Below, piece after piece: positions 60,571 through 64,000 of a DNA stretch of 64,000 bases. The DNA is from Deltaproteobacteria bacterium. Its GTDB lineage: Bacteria; Desulfobacterota; Dissulfuribacteria; Dissulfuribacterales; QOAL01. The DNA lies in assembly GCA_027067775.1 (NCBI GenBank), contig JAMOVK010000149.1:4379-68378 (forward strand), read 5' to 3'. Below the pieces are notes generated by a model that was given only the letters and a program-made list of their open reading frames with translations, had not been told where the DNA came from and ran no database searches. A program made the position numbers and the translations under genes. Numbering within the stretch: position 1 is the first letter of the stretch; every line of letters starts with the position of its first letter.

Positions 60571-61066
60571 AGTCAAGGCCCTTCCTTGCCCTTCCTTTTA
60601 CCCCGAAAAGACTGGGTGAACAGGATGTTATCCTGTCTGTCGTTTTCCTCTTAAATCATGTCATGCAGAAAGATTGTCTCTTGGTGAAGTCTCTTTATTG
60701 AAACAGGTCCAGGCCTAGGTCTAGTATTTCATTACGGAGTTACAGTAACAAGTTGAATCCACAAGTTCGTCATCTCTTTCATGTTCCCAGTTACAACCCC
60801 GACTAGACTATTTTGTTAGCCGTTTTCGATTTTACTTAATATCCTCAATATTCATATGAACCAGCAATCCAAGGCAGCCATTTTTTTAAAAAAATTCCTT
60901 TGATATGATCTTTTTTATTTAAGTATAAAACCAGTTTAACCGATGAATTACTTAACTTATGGGTCGTTAATAACATTATGATATTTTTGTATATTTATCC
61001 TTCACCCTGGCTGCAAGAGACGTGGGTATTGAAAACAGAAGAGGTCTTTTAGGAGGAAATTGGAAG

Positions 61067-63340
61067 ATGAGAAAAAAAAGAGCCCGATCAGCCTCATTGT
61101 CACTGTCACATCGACTTGCAATGGGCATTTCGTTTTTGATTATAATCATTTTAGGCATACAAGGCTTCTTTTCCTATAAAACTGCACTGGATAAAAAACA
61201 GGAAGAAATTGCAAAGGCACTTAAGGGAAAAGACGCTTTCATGATAGAAGCTGGAGACTTGTCCTCGGTACTCTTAAAGCAGGCAATTATAATTGCCAGC
61301 ATTCCTGAAATCAAGGAAGCACTACTTGATCGGGACAGACAGGGTCTCCTGTCCCTTGTAAACTCTATTGAGAATAAACTGGTAAAGGAAACCAAGGAAT
61401 CCATTAAAATTCACTTCCACATCCCTCCGGCAACATCCTTTTTGAGAAGCTGGAAACCTGATAAATTTGGAGACGATCTGTCATCCTTTCGTCCATCGGT
61501 AGTAAAAGTCCTGCAGACAGGACAACCGGTGAAAGGAATCGACTCCGGAAAAAACGGGCTTTCTATAAGAGGTATCGCCCCTATAAGAGCAGATGGCAAG
61601 ATAGTTGGAAGCGTAGAAATCATCAAAAATTGTGCCCAGGTAGCAGAAAAATTGGGCAAAATAAATGGAATAATCAATCACATTTTTATTCTCAAGAATC
61701 CTGGACGAAACGGAGGTAGCAAGAGGTTTACAGCTATCACAGACATAAATGAAGACCTTTTAAAACAGATAGACGAGGATTTCCTTGAAAAGGCCCTGAA
61801 GCAGGGCTGGGCCAAAAAAATGACAGGACGTCATGTCATAACTGCCGCTGCTATCTCTGACTTTTCTGGCAAACCGGTGGCAGTATACACGAGATATATT
61901 GATTTTACAAAGATAAACCAGGAATTGAGAAACAACCTGATTGAGCTTGGCCTTGTCCTGATCGCATTTCTGACAATTTCATTGATCACAGCAGTTGTTT
62001 TTTTAAGGAAAACACTGTCAAATCCGTTAACTAACTGTATTCAGACATTAATTTCGGCTTCGGAAGGGAACCTAAACAAAGCCGCAGTCCCCAAGGGAGC
62101 ACCGGAAATAAAAAACATTGCCACCGCCACCAATAACATTATTTACAACACCGGAATGTTACTAGAAACTCTCAAGTCACAGAGCGACAGTCTTAACATA
62201 CTAGGGGAACAGCTTAAAACCATCGTTAACAAAATCCATGATGGGGCAAAAGCCATAGACCATGCTGCCAATGCCATGGTGGACTCCTCTGCCAAAGCCT
62301 CTTCAACACTTTCCACTGTTGCCAGCGCATCCAATGAACTGAATGCCGCCACCAGTGAAATAGCTCAGAATGTTTCAGAGACAGCCAGGATAGCAAATGA
62401 GGCATCCGAAGAGGCGGAGAATACCAATGAACTGATGAAACATCTTGGAGAACAGTCCGAAAAGATCAAAGACATCATAACAGTCATAAACTCTATTGCT
62501 GAACAGACAAACCTGTTGGCACTCAATGCCACAATAGAGGCAGCCCGAGCTGGAGAGGCAGGAAAAGGTTTTGCCGTTGTAGCTAACGAGGTCAAAGAGC
62601 TTGCCAAGCAGACCGCCTCTGCAACCGATGAAATTACCGATATCATAAGCTCGTTAACAGATGGAATCTCAAATGCAGTCCTGGCTGTCGGCAACATCAC
62701 AGAGACAATAAACAAGGTCAATGACCTTGCAAACACCATAGCCAGTGCTGCTGAGGAACAAACTGCTACGGTTTCCGAAATAGATAACAGTATTACCGAT
62801 GGTGCAAGCAGCGTAGAAAATCTGGAACAAGAAGCAAGAACTCTTGCAAAAAGATCCAACGATTTCCTAACCTACTCTGGACGGATCAGGTTTGCTGAGG
62901 AATCCATAATTGATATTGGTAAAAGACTGGATTCTGTTACTGGTATGTACTCTGTAGAAAGACATGCCCTTGAACAGGCTGCAAAGGATGCTACAGACAA
63001 GGTTAAACTGATAGTAGCTTTCCTGGCTCACTTCAAATGGCTTGAGAATTACCGTGTGGCAATATTTACACGAAAAAAACCGGAAATCGAAAGAGACCCC
63101 AACAAATGCCTGCTTGGGCAATTCCTCAATGAACAGGCAGACCTTCTAAATGTCATTACAAGTTCAGAACTGACAGAAGCCCGAACCATTCATAATGAAA
63201 TCCATAAAAGTATTGACTACATGGAAAAAATGATAGACAGCGATGCTGAAGACCTGGAACTGGTTAACGAATTTGATTCAAGGGTGACAAGCAAATTGCA
63301 TCGACTTATAGAACTCATAGGCAAGGCTATAAACAACTAG
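61067..63340 (+). CDS. methyl-accepting chemotaxis protein: periplasmic Cache-type sensor + MA signalling domain + C-terminal CZB (zinc-binding) domain
   Basis: Start at ATG 61067 with GGAGGA upstream; the track GTG start is at 61022. Cache_3/Cache_2-like motif [30 protein letters not shown] domain [36 protein letters not shown]-terminal AHFKW..(x)..[17 protein letters not shown] is the CZB pattern. Confidence 0.9.
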   Translation: MRKKRARSASLSLSHRLAMGISFLIIIILGIQGFFSYKTALDKKQEEIAKALKGKDAFMIEAGDLSSVLLKQAIIIASIPEIKEALLDRDRQGLLSLVNSIENKLVKETKESIKIHFHIPPATSFLRSWKPDKFGDDLSSFRPSVVKVLQTGQPVKGIDSGKNGLSIRGIAPIRADGKIVGSVEIIKNCAQVAEKLGKINGIINHIFILKNPGRNGGSKRFTAITDINEDLLKQIDEDFLEKALKQGWAKKMTGRHVITAAAISDFSGKPVAVYTRYIDFTKINQELRNNLIELGLVLIAFLTISLITAVVFLRKTLSNPLTNCIQTLISASEGNLNKAAVPKGAPEIKNIATATNNIIYNTGMLLETLKSQSDSLNILGEQLKTIVNKIHDGAKAIDHAANAMVDSSAKASSTLSTVASASNELNAATSEIAQNVSETARIANEASEEAENTNELMKHLGEQSEKIKDIITVINSIAEQTNLLALNATIEAARAGEAGKGFAVVANEVKELAKQTASATDEITDIISSLTDGISNAVLAVGNITETINKVNDLANTIASAAEEQTATVSEIDNSITDGASSVENLEQEARTLAKRSNDFLTYSGRIRFAEESIIDIGKRLDSVTGMYSVERHALEQAAKDATDKVKLIVAFLAHFKWLENYRVAIFTRKKPEIERDPNKCLLGQFLNEQADLLNVITSSELTEARTIHNEIHKSIDYMEKMIDSDAEDLELVNEFDSRVTSKLHRLIELIGKAINN

Positions 63341-63425
63341 GCCGCTGACAACGATATTAAAGGCCTACCCAAAGGCCTTGACAAGCCCCACTGGCCACCT
63401 TATTATTGGCTCTGGATTTGACGGG

Positions 63426-63500
<75 letters not shown>

Positions 63501-63521
63501 CTGTATGTCTGGTATCAATCA

Positions 63522-63551
63522 GGGCAGCATGAAAGCTGCCCTTTTCTTTTT
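63522..63551 (+). terminator. rho-independent terminator after tRNA-Gly
   Basis: GGGCAGC-atgaaa-GCTGCCC followed by TTTTCTTTTT. Confidence 0.7.
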
Positions 63552-63556
63552 CACTT

Positions 63557-64000
63557 ATGATTAAACTCTCCTTTTTCATCTATTTGCCAGTAAAATCTTT
63601 GATAAGAGCCTCCTTTATCTTCCTTGCCTCCATGATTTATACATGTTTCCCATGCTGTACCCTAACCACTGCCATAGCAGGGACAAAACCTGCCCAAAAG
63701 GCCAGGATGGTTACAAGAACCCTTGCTGGACAGATCGACATGTGTCTTTCATGCCATCCAGAAAGGCCAGACAGGGCCCATGGAAGGAGGGTTATGGGCT
63801 GCTTTTCATGTCACCTTGGCAATCCTCTTGCCGGAACACCTGAGGAGGCACACAGGGGCATGGTACTTAATCCGGGAGACCTGAGGGTGGCACAGAAGAC
63901 ATGCGGTCAAGAAGGCTGTCATGTTGAGCAGGTAAAACATGTGAAAAATACCCTAATGGCCACAAACCGGGGCATCATTAGCACCCTGCAGTACTACTGG
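63557..64000 (+). CDS. multihaem c-type cytochrome, N-terminal part (runs off the right edge)
   Basis: Not in the ORF track because there is no stop. The frame is open from 63533 to 64000. Own translation: MIKLSFFIYLPVKSLIRASFIFLASMIYTCFPCC..QIDMCLSCHPERPDRAHGRRVMGCFSCHLGNPLAGTPEEAHRGMVLNPGDLRVAQKTCGQEGCHVEQVKH... Haem motifs are CLSCH (63743-63757), CFSCH (63800-63814) and CGQEGCH (CX4CH, 63902-63922). The start is uncertain: ATG 63557, TTG 63599 or ATG 63632. Confidence 0.75.
   Translation, partial: MIKLSFFIYLPVKSLIRASFIFLASMIYTCFPCCTLTTAIAGTKPAQKARMVTRTLAGQIDMCLSCHPERPDRAHGRRVMGCFSCHLGNPLAGTPEEAHRGMVLNPGDLRVAQKTCGQEGCHVEQVKHVKNTLMATNRGIISTLQYYW

Noticed and set aside
63643-63843. 66-aa track ORF after tRNA-Gly
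   Set aside because: It is out of frame relative to the frame carrying three haem-binding motifs, which stays open to the window edge.

Overview
This is a gene-dense 64-kb chromosomal window with about 60 protein genes and 1 tRNA. I found no rRNA, no CRISPR array and no intact transposase or integrase. The gene content suggests an anaerobic Desulfobacterota-like (deltaproteobacterial) genome, but that is inference only. The clues are a multihaem c-type cytochrome, an Isf-like iron-sulfur flavoprotein, HDOD/GGDEF/MCP signalling genes and a candidate selenoprotein. The backbone is housekeeping: dapA (partial), rng, dtd, trmL, fur, proC, holA, smc-recJ, pgm, the conserved rpsB-tsf-pyrH-frr-uppS-cdsA-dxr-rseP-tsaB block, ptsH-ptsI, rfbBD, lptFG, nth, PNP-mtaD, lolC/E, lysS, udg and nfeD-SPFH. 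Five segments are not explained by housekeeping. (1) 10801-11703 is a signal-peptide UshA/5'-nucleotidase-like ORF interrupted by one in-frame TGA inside a C-P-S-TGA motif, a candidate selenocysteine. (2) 11897-15219 carries a ~115-aa 'WWxP..GxG' domain four times across two adjacent secreted proteins, one of them an S8 subtilase. (3) 46382-51817 is a co-oriented operon whose first two genes overlap: a beta-helix/cadherin-repeat surface protein with a CTERM-type sorting tail, then a TIGR03032(DUF4915)-TPR-GT9-like fusion, then an ATP-grasp ligase. (4) 59203-61066 is the only large gene-free gap. It holds two 131-bp inverted repeats (129/131 identical), each itself a long imperfect hairpin, bracketing 935 bp of decayed sequence. 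(5) A Fur-FeoA fusion gene sits divergent from a canonical fur. All functional calls come from by-eye motif recognition on the supplied translations and my own translations; no database search or folding program was available.
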